Made by a program: the position numbers and the translations under genes
Notes under the pieces: model-generated
What the model was told of the DNA's origin: nothing
Seen by the model: only the letters and a program-made list of their open reading frames with translations
Database searches by the model: none
Origin: Thioalkalivibrio sp.
Lineage (GTDB): Bacteria > Pseudomonadota > Gammaproteobacteria > Ectothiorhodospirales > Ectothiorhodospiraceae
DNA: 64,000 nucleotides
Assembly (NCBI GenBank): GCA_007116035.1
Contig: SKJG01000076.1
Span: 72,855-136,854, forward strand
Direction of reading: 5' to 3'
Shown here: piece by piece, positions 45,863 through 54,115 of the stretch
Layout: every line of letters starts with the position of its first letter
Position numbering within the stretch: position 1 is the first letter of the stretch

Positions 45863-46660
45863 ATGGGGTTTCTGAAGGGTAAGCGCGCGCTGATCGTTGG
45901 TGTCGCCAGCAACCGATCCATCGCCTACGGCATTGCCGAGGCCATGCGCCGTGAGGGTGCCGAACTGGCCTTCACGTATCAGAACGAGCGCCTGCGCGAG
46001 CGCGTGGAGAAGATGGCCGCCGCGTTCGACTCGGATGTCCTCGTGCCCTGCAACGTTGAGAGCGACCAGGAGATCGAACGGGTCTTCGAGCACCTGGACG
46101 ATTACTGGGATGGCCTCGACATCCTCGTGCACTCCGTGGCCTTCGCCCCCAAAGAACAGCTCGAAGGGGACTTTCTCGACAACATCACCCGCGACGGTTT
46201 CCGCATCGCCCACGACGTCAGCTCCTACAGCCTCGCCGCGATGGCCAAGGCTGGAAGGGGCATGATGAAGGACCGCAACGCGTCGATCCTGACGCTGAGC
46301 TACTTGGGCGCGATGCGCGCCATGCCCAGCTACAACGTGATGGGGCTGGCCAAAGCCAGCCTGGAGGCGAACGTCCGCTACCTCGCCTATACGCTGGGGC
46401 CGGAATCGACCCGGGTCAACGCCGTGTCTGCGGGGCCGATCCGGACCCTGGCGGCGGCAGGCATCGGCGATTTCCGCCGCATCCTGGACCACGTCGAGAA
46501 AAACGCGCCGCTGCGCCGCAACGTGACCATCGAGCAGGTCGGCAACGCAGGCGCGTTCCTGTGCTCGGACCTCGCGGCCGGCATCACCGGAGAGGTGATG
46601 TACGTCGACTCCGGCTTCAACATCCTTGGTCTGGGTCCGGGTGAGGTCGGCCTGGATTGA
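45863..46660 (+). CDS. fabI: Enoyl-[acyl-carrier-protein] reductase (NADH) FabI
   Basis: GAGGAGG RBS. Begins [25 protein letters not shown], with the Y..M.LAK catalytic pattern ([12 protein letters not shown]). Confidence 0.95.
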   Translation: MGFLKGKRALIVGVASNRSIAYGIAEAMRREGAELAFTYQNERLRERVEKMAAAFDSDVLVPCNVESDQEIERVFEHLDDYWDGLDILVHSVAFAPKEQLEGDFLDNITRDGFRIAHDVSSYSLAAMAKAGRGMMKDRNASILTLSYLGAMRAMPSYNVMGLAKASLEANVRYLAYTLGPESTRVNAVSAGPIRTLAAAGIGDFRRILDHVEKNAPLRRNVTIEQVGNAGAFLCSDLAAGITGEVMYVDSGFNILGLGPGEVGLD

Positions 46661-46702
46661 TTCCCACGAGCGGGCCATGGAGTGCGGGAGCTTGCTCCCC
46701 CA

Positions 46703-46825
46703 CGTTGGCGTGAAAAAATACAGCCACGGAAGAACACGGACATCACGGAAAACGAAGGGCATTTAAACTCTTTCCCGAGTGTTTCTGTGTCCTTCCGTGG
46801 CGCCCCTTTTCCTCGTCAGGGGTGG
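46703..46825. repeat. CACGGA-hexamer palindromic element, copy 1 (MITE-like)
   Basis: The 77-nt core at 46724-46800 has left arm CCACGGAAGAACACGGACATCACGGAA and right arm ending TTCTGTGTCCTTCCGTGG. It is flanked by a conserved A-run and a T-run plus TCGTCAGGGG. Highly similar to 54988-55110. Confidence 0.75.
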
Positions 46826-46851
46826 CGCAGGGCCATGACGGTTAGCGCGAC

Positions 46852-46914
46852 GGCCAACAGCGGCGGCGAGCCGCCGCACTCCACACGCGCCGGGGATCCT
46901 GGGAGTGCGGTGGC
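46852..46914. repeat. REP-like repeat, copy C (inverted orientation), probably doubling as the ppiD terminator hairpin
   Basis: 46852-46893 is the reverse complement of core 1 at 13501-13540 with a few mismatches. GCCGCCGCACTCCA (46870-46883) pairs with TGGGAGTGCGGTGGC (46900-46914). Inverted core 2 lies at 46683-46703. Confidence 0.55.
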
Positions 46915-46929
46915 CGCTACGGATCGCCC

Positions 46930-48834
46930 CTACTCGAGGTTCTGCGGATAGCGCCGGATCTTGGCCTGCGATTCCAGCCAGGCGAGGTAGGCCCGCATCT
47001 CCGCGCCCGAATAGGCGATCTGCAGGTCGTCGATGACCCTGAACAGATCCGCCACGGCCTCGCTGGGTTCGAGCATCTGCACCGATTCCAGGACAACCAC
47101 GGCGTAGTCGCCATCCGCGAGGCGCAACCCGCTCTTCCGCACCGCATCGTCCCGAGGGGCGGGCATCTGGAAGAGATGATTCATCAACGCCCTGGGCAGT
47201 TCGACATCCTCCTCCGGGCCGGTGGCACGGTTCACGGAGACGGACTGTACCCAGGTCTGCGGCGCCTCCTCGGCGAGTTCGGTGACGGTCCGTCCATTGG
47301 CCAACGCGTCGAGGACGTTCTCGCCCTGCTCCCGCGCGGCCTGCGCGGCCGCATCCCGCCGCAGGATTTCAACAATCTCATCGGCCACCTCGTCGAGGGG
47401 AAGTACCCTGGGCTCCTGACGCTCCTCGACACGCAACACGACGGTACTCCCATCGGGAAGATCTACCGCCTCGCTGTTGCGGCCGTCGCGGCGCACGGGC
47501 GTACTGAAGGCCGCCTCGCGAATCGGACGGAACCGCGCCAGGCCATCACCGGATTCAAGGGTGAACCAGTCGCTGGTCCGGATCTCCAGACCCGTCGCGC
47601 GTGACGCCGGACCCAGGCTATCCGGGTTCTCGAAGGTCTGGGCCAGCAGATCGTCCAGGATCTGGATCTGGCGCTGCTCGGCGCGACGGTCACGGAGATC
47701 TCGCTCGACTTCGTCGCGCACCTCCTCGAAGGGCTGGACGCGCGACGACTCGATATCGGTCACTTCCACCAGATGCCAGCCAAGCCGCGTCCGCACCGGC
47801 TGGCTGATCAGGCCCTCCGGCAGCGAGAAGATCACGGTCTCAAGAATCTGGTCGAGATCGCCCCGGGCAATCTGACCCAACTCGCCCCCGCGGTCGGCCG
47901 ACAGGCGATCGTCGGAATACTCGGTGGCAAGTTCGGCGAAGTCCTCGCCGGCGTCGATGCGTCCGCGAAGCTCGCGGACCCTGGCCTCGGCATCAGCCGT
48001 GTCGTGTTCGATCAGAATCTGCCGCACCCGACGCAGTTCCGGCTCGGCATAGCGCTGCGCGTTCACCTCGAAGTGTTCGCGGACCTCCTCCTCGGTGACG
48101 TCGATCCTGGCCTCCATGTCCGCCGGATCGAGGCGCAGGTAGGCGATCTGCAACCGCTCCGCCGTCGTGAAGCGATCCGGGTTATCGCGGTAGAAAGCCT
48201 CGATTGCGTCATCGCCGACCACGTCGGGACGATCGAAGTCCGCTGCGGCAAAGATGCGCCAGCTGGCGACCCGGATCTGGTTGCGCAGGCGCGCGAACTC
48301 GGTCGCCTTGTCCATCGGGGGATCCCCACTCGCCTCGATCGCCTGCTGAATCTGCGCCAGCACGATGGACTGCGCCATGTCGCGTTCGAAATCCCCGGGG
48401 GAGATGCGCTGGGCCTCCAGCACCGTGCGGTAACGCTCGGGACTGAAGCGCCCGTCCTCCAAAAAGGCGGGGATGCCACGAAGCTCACGGATCACGCCAC
48501 GACCCGAGGCGCGAAAGCCCGCGTCCTCGGCAGCCTGGCGCAGGAGTTCACGCTGGATCAGGGCCTCCAGGGCGGCATTGCGGATCGCGCGCTCATCGAA
48601 GACGTCCGCAGGAATTTCTCCGCCGAACATGCGCGCGAGTTGCTCACGCTGGGCCCGGGTCTCCTGGTGCACGATGCGAACCGTGATCTCCTGTCCGTTG
48701 ACCTCGGCCGCCACCAGCGGCCCTGCACCACCGAAATATTCACCCAGGCCCCAGAGGGCGAATGGAATGGCGATCAGGCCAATGATGACATAGGCAAGCC
48801 AGCCGGTTGCCTTGTCACGAATCGATTGCAGCAT
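46930..48834 (-). CDS. ppiD: Periplasmic chaperone / peptidyl-prolyl isomerase PpiD
   Basis: 634 aa, beginning MLQSIRDKATGWLAYVIIGLIAIPFALWG (N-terminal anchor). It has a SurA-like N-domain and a central parvulin-like region. Confidence 0.9.
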   Translation of the reverse strand: MLQSIRDKATGWLAYVIIGLIAIPFALWGLGEYFGGAGPLVAAEVNGQEITVRIVHQETRAQREQLARMFGGEIPADVFDERAIRNAALEALIQRELLRQAAEDAGFRASGRGVIRELRGIPAFLEDGRFSPERYRTVLEAQRISPGDFERDMAQSIVLAQIQQAIEASGDPPMDKATEFARLRNQIRVASWRIFAAADFDRPDVVGDDAIEAFYRDNPDRFTTAERLQIAYLRLDPADMEARIDVTEEEVREHFEVNAQRYAEPELRRVRQILIEHDTADAEARVRELRGRIDAGEDFAELATEYSDDRLSADRGGELGQIARGDLDQILETVIFSLPEGLISQPVRTRLGWHLVEVTDIESSRVQPFEEVRDEVERDLRDRRAEQRQIQILDDLLAQTFENPDSLGPASRATGLEIRTSDWFTLESGDGLARFRPIREAAFSTPVRRDGRNSEAVDLPDGSTVVLRVEERQEPRVLPLDEVADEIVEILRRDAAAQAAREQGENVLDALANGRTVTELAEEAPQTWVQSVSVNRATGPEEDVELPRALMNHLFQMPAPRDDAVRKSGLRLADGDYAVVVLESVQMLEPSEAVADLFRVIDDLQIAYSGAEMRAYLAWLESQAKIRRYPQNLE

Positions 48835-49092
48835 CGTATCTCCGCCACGAGTCAGAAAGTGGTCAAGCGAGCATCATAACAAGAGGCCAGGATCAGGGAT
48901 ATTCAGAGGCCTACCCCGAAACCGGGACTGGGCCCACTGGCAACGGACTCCGCTTCGGGGTAGGCTCCCGCCCCGGCCATACGCTGAGGGTCTCGGGGGT
49001 CTGCTCCGGAAACCGTGCAGACGCGTCAACCTGCTCCCATCATCTGACCCGTCAGGCGCCAAATCATTCAACCCGGACCCCGGAGGATTGCG

Positions 49093-49512
49093 ATGCGCCA
49101 GGCCACCCATACGCTGACGCTGCAAACGACTGGAAAAGGTCTGTACGAGTGCACCCCCGCAGTTGCGGCGTGGGTCCGCGACAGCGGGATCGAGACCGGC
49201 CTGCTGACGCTTTTCGTCCAGCACACGTCCGCCAGCCTGTTGATCCAGGAAAACGCCGACCCCGATGTCCGGGAAGACCTGGCAGATTTCTTCACACGCC
49301 TGGTCCCGGAGGGGACGACGGTGTACCGGCACCGGTCGGAAGGCCCCGACGACATGCCCGCGCACGTGCGTAGCGCCCTGACACAGGCCCAGCTGAGCCT
49401 TCCTGTGAACGAGGCACGGCCGGCCCTGGGCACCTGGCAGGGTATCTTCCTGTTCGAGCACCGAAACGCACCGAACCGGCGCCGTATCGTCCTGCACCTC
49501 ATTGGCGAGTAG
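49093..49512 (+). CDS. yjbQ: YjbQ family protein (UPF0047, secondary thiamine-phosphate synthase)
   Basis: 139 aa containing LLTLFVQHTSASLLIQENADPDV and GPDDMPAHVRSAL. Confidence 0.88.
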   Translation: MRQATHTLTLQTTGKGLYECTPAVAAWVRDSGIETGLLTLFVQHTSASLLIQENADPDVREDLADFFTRLVPEGTTVYRHRSEGPDDMPAHVRSALTQAQLSLPVNEARPALGTWQGIFLFEHRNAPNRRRIVLHLIGE

Positions 49513-49746
49513 AACCGGCCAGGACAAGGGCTGCCGCGAAGACAGGCACCCAAGCTCAGCAGGGAGCCCGTTCGAGTGCATGACCCGGCATCGCCGCAAG
49601 AGATTGCATTGACCGACCGGGCCGCGAAGGTTAATTTGCAAACAATAAAATACGCCCACCTGGGCGACTGATGATGGTGTTGGGTTCGCCACCTTCAGAT
49701 GAACAAGGCAAGCGACGTGCGCCACTGACGACGGAAAGACACCACG

Positions 49747-51261
49747 ATGACACCCGAGATCCGTAGCGCACTCGAATATTGTCCCAACCTGCCGAGCCCA
49801 CCCGGAATCGCAATTGCGATCGTCGAACTGGGCCGCGATCCGAATGTCGACCTGACATCGCTTGCGCGACTGCTCTCGAAGGACCCTGCCCTCGCCAGCC
49901 GCGTTCTCCGCGCCAGCAACTCCGCCCTGTATGCCCAGCGCCGAAGCAGCAAAAACCTGCGCCAGGCCATGGTCGTTCTCGGCCTCAACGCCACGATGAC
50001 CCTGGCGCTGAGTTTCTCACTCGGTGACATGCTGAACGGCGAACCGGGTACCGCACGGGGCATCAACCGGTATTGGCGCCGCGCGCTGATCTCTGCATCG
50101 GCGGCCAGAATGATCAGCGAGACGATCAAACAGCAGGACGACGAGGAAGCGTTCCTGGCTGCACTGCTGCAGGACATCGGCATCCTGGCCCTCGACGCGG
50201 CGATTCCCGAGGACTACCGCCCGTTGCTCAAGGAGGCGACGGGTCATGATCAACTGCTCAGTGCGGAGCGGGAACACCTGGGCTCGGATCATGGTGAAGC
50301 GGGTTCGTGGCTGATGCGCCATTGGCGCCTGCCCGAGCGCCTGGTACCGATCGCTTCGATGGTCCACGACCCGCTGAGTACGCGGATACCCACGGACACC
50401 CGGGTATTCATCAAATGTGTGGCGGTCGCCGGCCAGATCGCCGACCTGTATCTGGAGCACGAGGATCGCGAGGCCGCGACCGAGCGGCTCGCCCGCAGCG
50501 CGTGGCGCCTGCTCGGCCTGGATGGGGTGTCGCTGGAGACGCTGCTGGCACGGGTTACCGAGGTGCTTCCCGACGTCGCCGGCCTCTACGACACCGAGGT
50601 CATCTCGGCGCGGCAGGCTGCCGGCGTCACCGACCAGGCGCGCGAGATCCTCGCGGCCCGAAATCTTCACTTGATACAACAGGTTTCCGAACAGCAACGC
50701 CAGGTGCAGGACATGCAGGACGTGACCCGGCACCTGCTCGAGACCGCGAACCGCGATGCCCTGACCGGTCTCCATAACCGACGCCGCTTCGATGAGGTTC
50801 TCGAGACGGAATTCCTGCTCGCAAGCGAGAACGGCTGGCCCCTGACCATGGCCTTCATCGACCTGGATCACTTCAAGGGGATCAATGACACGCATGGCCA
50901 TCTGGTTGGTGATGCGGTCCTTTCCAACACGGCGCGCATCCTTACCCAGCATCTGCGCAAGCGCGATTTCATCATGCGCTATGGTGGGGACGAGTTCGTC
51001 GCCCTGCTTCCGGGCACCGGGCTCGAAGATGCCCGCGGCGTCTTCGAACGGCTCCGCGAAGCCATCGTGTCACAGGTGTACGAGGGCGCCAGGGGAGCCC
51101 CTTTCCACTCCACGGTGTCGATCGGCCTGGCCAGCCATATGGACGGACAACGCCGCGCGGGAAGCGCACTGGACCTGGTCCGCGCTGCCGACCGCGCGCT
51201 TTACGAAGCCAAGGGCGGCGGGCGCGACCGCATCGGCATCGACGCGAGCACTGCGGCCTGA
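49747..51261 (+). CDS. HDOD domain-containing diguanylate cyclase (GGDEF)
   Basis: The N-terminal LPSPPGIAIAIVELGRDPNVDLTSLARLLSKDPALASRVLRASNSALY is HDOD-type. The C-terminal RDALTGLHNRR...RKRDFIMRYGGDEF is an intact GGDEF with an RxxD I-site. Confidence 0.88.
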   Translation: MTPEIRSALEYCPNLPSPPGIAIAIVELGRDPNVDLTSLARLLSKDPALASRVLRASNSALYAQRRSSKNLRQAMVVLGLNATMTLALSFSLGDMLNGEPGTARGINRYWRRALISASAARMISETIKQQDDEEAFLAALLQDIGILALDAAIPEDYRPLLKEATGHDQLLSAEREHLGSDHGEAGSWLMRHWRLPERLVPIASMVHDPLSTRIPTDTRVFIKCVAVAGQIADLYLEHEDREAATERLARSAWRLLGLDGVSLETLLARVTEVLPDVAGLYDTEVISARQAAGVTDQAREILAARNLHLIQQVSEQQRQVQDMQDVTRHLLETANRDALTGLHNRRRFDEVLETEFLLASENGWPLTMAFIDLDHFKGINDTHGHLVGDAVLSNTARILTQHLRKRDFIMRYGGDEFVALLPGTGLEDARGVFERLREAIVSQVYEGARGAPFHSTVSIGLASHMDGQRRAGSALDLVRAADRALYEAKGGGRDRIGIDASTAA

Positions 51262-51502
51262 TTCCCGCCCACAGGGAGGAATCGCTTCACGCCTCGCGCA
51301 CCACCCGTCATCCCGCCGCCGCATCCTGCAACCGGATTCGATGGAACTCGGGATCATCATTGGTTCACGACGCACCTACCGCGGACCCCCGTGGTTCCTG
51401 TACCTTTGGGCCCGTGCATGCATTCCATCGGCAGCGCGCTCACCCGATTGTCAAAGCCAGTCATCGTAGAATAGCCCTGCCAGTGCCATCCGAGATCACT
51501 CC

Positions 51503-53371
51503 ATGACGCCGTCTTCCGGACCCAGCGAGAACGATGCCCCATTGGGCGTGGAAGTCCTGCGCCGCCATGGCCTGCGGCGTCAGCCCTTTGCCGACAAGGC
51601 AACCGAGGGCTTCGTGTATAGCGATCCCGCCCTCGACATGCCGGTCGGGGTGCTGCAACAGCGCCTTCAGACCGACAACAAGCCACTATTGCTGCTCGGT
51701 GAGCATGGCGCAGGGAAGAGTACGCAACTGCTGCAACTCCTCTCACGGGGAGCGGGATCCCTGCTCTTCTGCGGTTTCAAGGGCCGGCCGGGGGCACCTT
51801 TCCCAAGTATTGAATACGCCATTCGACAGCAGTGGTCCAAGGCGGCGGATGCGGCCGAAAACACACCGCTGGCTGGGCTGCTCCTGACCCTCTGCCGGGG
51901 CGCACGGCGTCCGGTGCTCGTGATCGACGATGCCCACGTACTCGCGCCAGAGGTTCTGGCGGCGCTCCTGCGACTGCGCCGCGAGGTGAATCGCCACTGC
52001 AGCAGCGCCCTGGGCATATTGCTCGCCGGCGAACCCGGTCTCGAGGATCTGCTGGCACAATGCGTCGATGCCGACACGCCCGCGGAAAAGCACATCGCCG
52101 TCCGCCTTCGGCCCCTGACTCAGGCCCAGACCGAGGCCTATCTTCGGCAGCGCCTGCAGGCGGCCGGTGCGCAGGACCCGAGTCTGCTCTCCGGCGCGAT
52201 CGCCGCCGCGATCCAACAGGAAAGCGGCGGCCGGCCCATGGACATCAACCTCGTGGCCAACCGTTATCTGCAGACCATGGGGACGGACCCGGCCTCGGTG
52301 CAGCAAGGACCCGTGCACGCGGCTCCCGGCACGACCTGGACCGGCTGGCAGCAGCGCTGGACACTGCCTGCAGCGGGGGGCGCGGCTGCCGTATTGGCAA
52401 CGCTGATCGTGGTGGGACTCCTCTACCTGCCGGGAGACGAGGGGCAGCGGCCCGGCAATGCGGCTACGCCGCAGCAACCCAGTGGCACCGCCGTCTTGAG
52501 AGAAGCCCCGGCAGAGCCGCCCTTGCTGCCGACGCCCGATCGTCCGTTCGCGGCGGAGTCACCGGACGCCCAGCCAACCATCCGCGAATCAGCCGCGCCC
52601 ACCACCTCGCGGCCCATGCCGCGACCGCTCGAGTTCTCGGAAGCGCTCCCAGATCCGGAAGCCACCGATCTCCCGGACCCAGGTTCGGAAGCGACCACGG
52701 GCGAGGGAACGTTCCCGGAGCCCGAACCGATACCGCAACTCGCCGAGATTTCCCCGATCGACCCGGAACGCGCTCGGGAGCCTGCCGAGGCCCCTGCCTC
52801 GGAGCCCGAACCCGCCAGCGAGGTCGCCGAGGCCTCCCGCTTGGAACCGGAGCCCGAGATCTCCGTGCTCAGCCCTGGGGAGCCAACCCCCGTGCCCGTG
52901 CCCACCCGCGAGGACACAACCGCACCGCAAGCGGGCCCACAGGTGACGGAACCTCCCGCAGAGGAACCCGATACGCCTCAGACGCAACCAACGGATGGCG
53001 CAGGGATCCCGGGGTCACCTTCGGCCGACACTCCGAACGCGCAACCGCGCCCCGCGCCGGCACGTCGCGAGCTGCGCGATCCGACCTGGCTGCAGGACCG
53101 GGCCGCAGATCGTTTCACCATCCAGATCATTGCCGGTGGCGACCTCGAGGCCCTGCGCAGGTATGCAGGCCGGCTGTCCCTGGACAAGGAAATCGCCTGG
53201 TTTCGAACACGCCGGGACGATCAGGACTGGTATGCCCTTGTGGCAGGCGATTACCCCGACCTGGCTGGTGCCCGCGCGGCGGTCAACAGACTGCCCGCCG
53301 GCGTTCGCCGCAACCAGCCCTGGATCCGAACCTTCGGATCGGTCCAGGAAACCATGGCTCCAGGCCCCTAA
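51503..53371 (+). CDS. ExeA-architecture protein: cytoplasmic AAA ATPase / single TM / Pro-Glu-rich linker / C-terminal SPOR domain
   Basis: Walker A is GEHGAGKST and Walker B is VLVIDDAH. The TM segment is AAVLATLIVVGLLYL. A ~220-aa P/E/A-rich tract follows. The C-terminus RFTIQIIAGGDLEALRRYAG...WYALVAGDYPDLAGARAAVNRLP is SPOR-like. Confidence 0.8.
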   Translation: MTPSSGPSENDAPLGVEVLRRHGLRRQPFADKATEGFVYSDPALDMPVGVLQQRLQTDNKPLLLLGEHGAGKSTQLLQLLSRGAGSLLFCGFKGRPGAPFPSIEYAIRQQWSKAADAAENTPLAGLLLTLCRGARRPVLVIDDAHVLAPEVLAALLRLRREVNRHCSSALGILLAGEPGLEDLLAQCVDADTPAEKHIAVRLRPLTQAQTEAYLRQRLQAAGAQDPSLLSGAIAAAIQQESGGRPMDINLVANRYLQTMGTDPASVQQGPVHAAPGTTWTGWQQRWTLPAAGGAAAVLATLIVVGLLYLPGDEGQRPGNAATPQQPSGTAVLREAPAEPPLLPTPDRPFAAESPDAQPTIRESAAPTTSRPMPRPLEFSEALPDPEATDLPDPGSEATTGEGTFPEPEPIPQLAEISPIDPERAREPAEAPASEPEPASEVAEASRLEPEPEISVLSPGEPTPVPVPTREDTTAPQAGPQVTEPPAEEPDTPQTQPTDGAGIPGSPSADTPNAQPRPAPARRELRDPTWLQDRAADRFTIQIIAGGDLEALRRYAGRLSLDKEIAWFRTRRDDQDWYALVAGDYPDLAGARAAVNRLPAGVRRNQPWIRTFGSVQETMAPGP

Positions 53372-53465
53372 CCGTCTCCGCTCCGGCCAGGCCTCGTGCC
53401 CTGGTCGCGACACTCCTGCAGCGGCTGGCCGCCAAGACGGCATCGGTAGCGCGACCGGACGATGG

Positions 53466-54107
53466 TTATCGCTCGAGCAACAGGGCCCTGCCCTGCCGCT
53501 GGACCTGAACCCGGTTCAGGAAGCTTGCGCCCAGAACCGGAAGCCGCGGTGCGTCCGACTGCAGCACCACGGCCTCGACGTCGTCCAGCACGATGCCACC
53601 GATGCGCACCTGGTCAAGCATCACCCGGTATCCGAATGACAAGCCAGCCGCGGTGCGCGTCTGGGTGAGGTCGCCACGGGCGTAGGCGATGCCCAGACGG
53701 CGCGCCTCGCCGGCGCCCAGAGTCGTGATGGGGGTGTCGGTGTCCACCAGGAAACGAACCGCATGGCCGTTGATGCTGCCCGCCGCGGTCAGGGCCCCGG
53801 AGGCATCCGGGTACACACGCGCCTGAGCAACCGAGTCGCCCCGGGACGCGCCTTCCGTCCGCCGCACCGAGGTGACTTGGCGGCGCTCACCTTGAATCTC
53901 CAGCCAGGCCGTGCCCGTGCGGGTATCAGACGACAGCAGCCGCACGCCCTCCGTGGCGTCCGCCCCCATCATCAACACGTGGCGCTGCCCGTCGATCTCG
54001 ACCAGCACCCGGTCCGGGAAGACTCCCAGCAGCATTGGCTCCCGGGCGAGCAGCGGCGCGCAGCTAAGGCTGACGACAAACAACACCAGGCCGAGGACTC
54101 CGCGCAT
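53466..54107 (-). CDS. Retropepsin-like (TIGR02281-type) aspartic protease homolog with a DTD motif and an extra N-terminal domain
   Basis: 213 aa from ATG 54107, 8 nt after the upstream gene's stop. It has an N-terminal hydrophobic anchor. The sequence INGHAVRFLVDTDTPITTLGAGEARRLGI...VLGASFLNRV matches the bacterial retropepsin-like pattern, but the DTGA motif reads DTDT (53736-53744). Confidence 0.7.
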   Translation of the reverse strand: MRGVLGLVLFVVSLSCAPLLAREPMLLGVFPDRVLVEIDGQRHVLMMGADATEGVRLLSSDTRTGTAWLEIQGERRQVTSVRRTEGASRGDSVAQARVYPDASGALTAAGSINGHAVRFLVDTDTPITTLGAGEARRLGIAYARGDLTQTRTAAGLSFGYRVMLDQVRIGGIVLDDVEAVVLQSDAPRLPVLGASFLNRVQVQRQGRALLLER

Positions 54108-54115
54108 CCGGGAAA

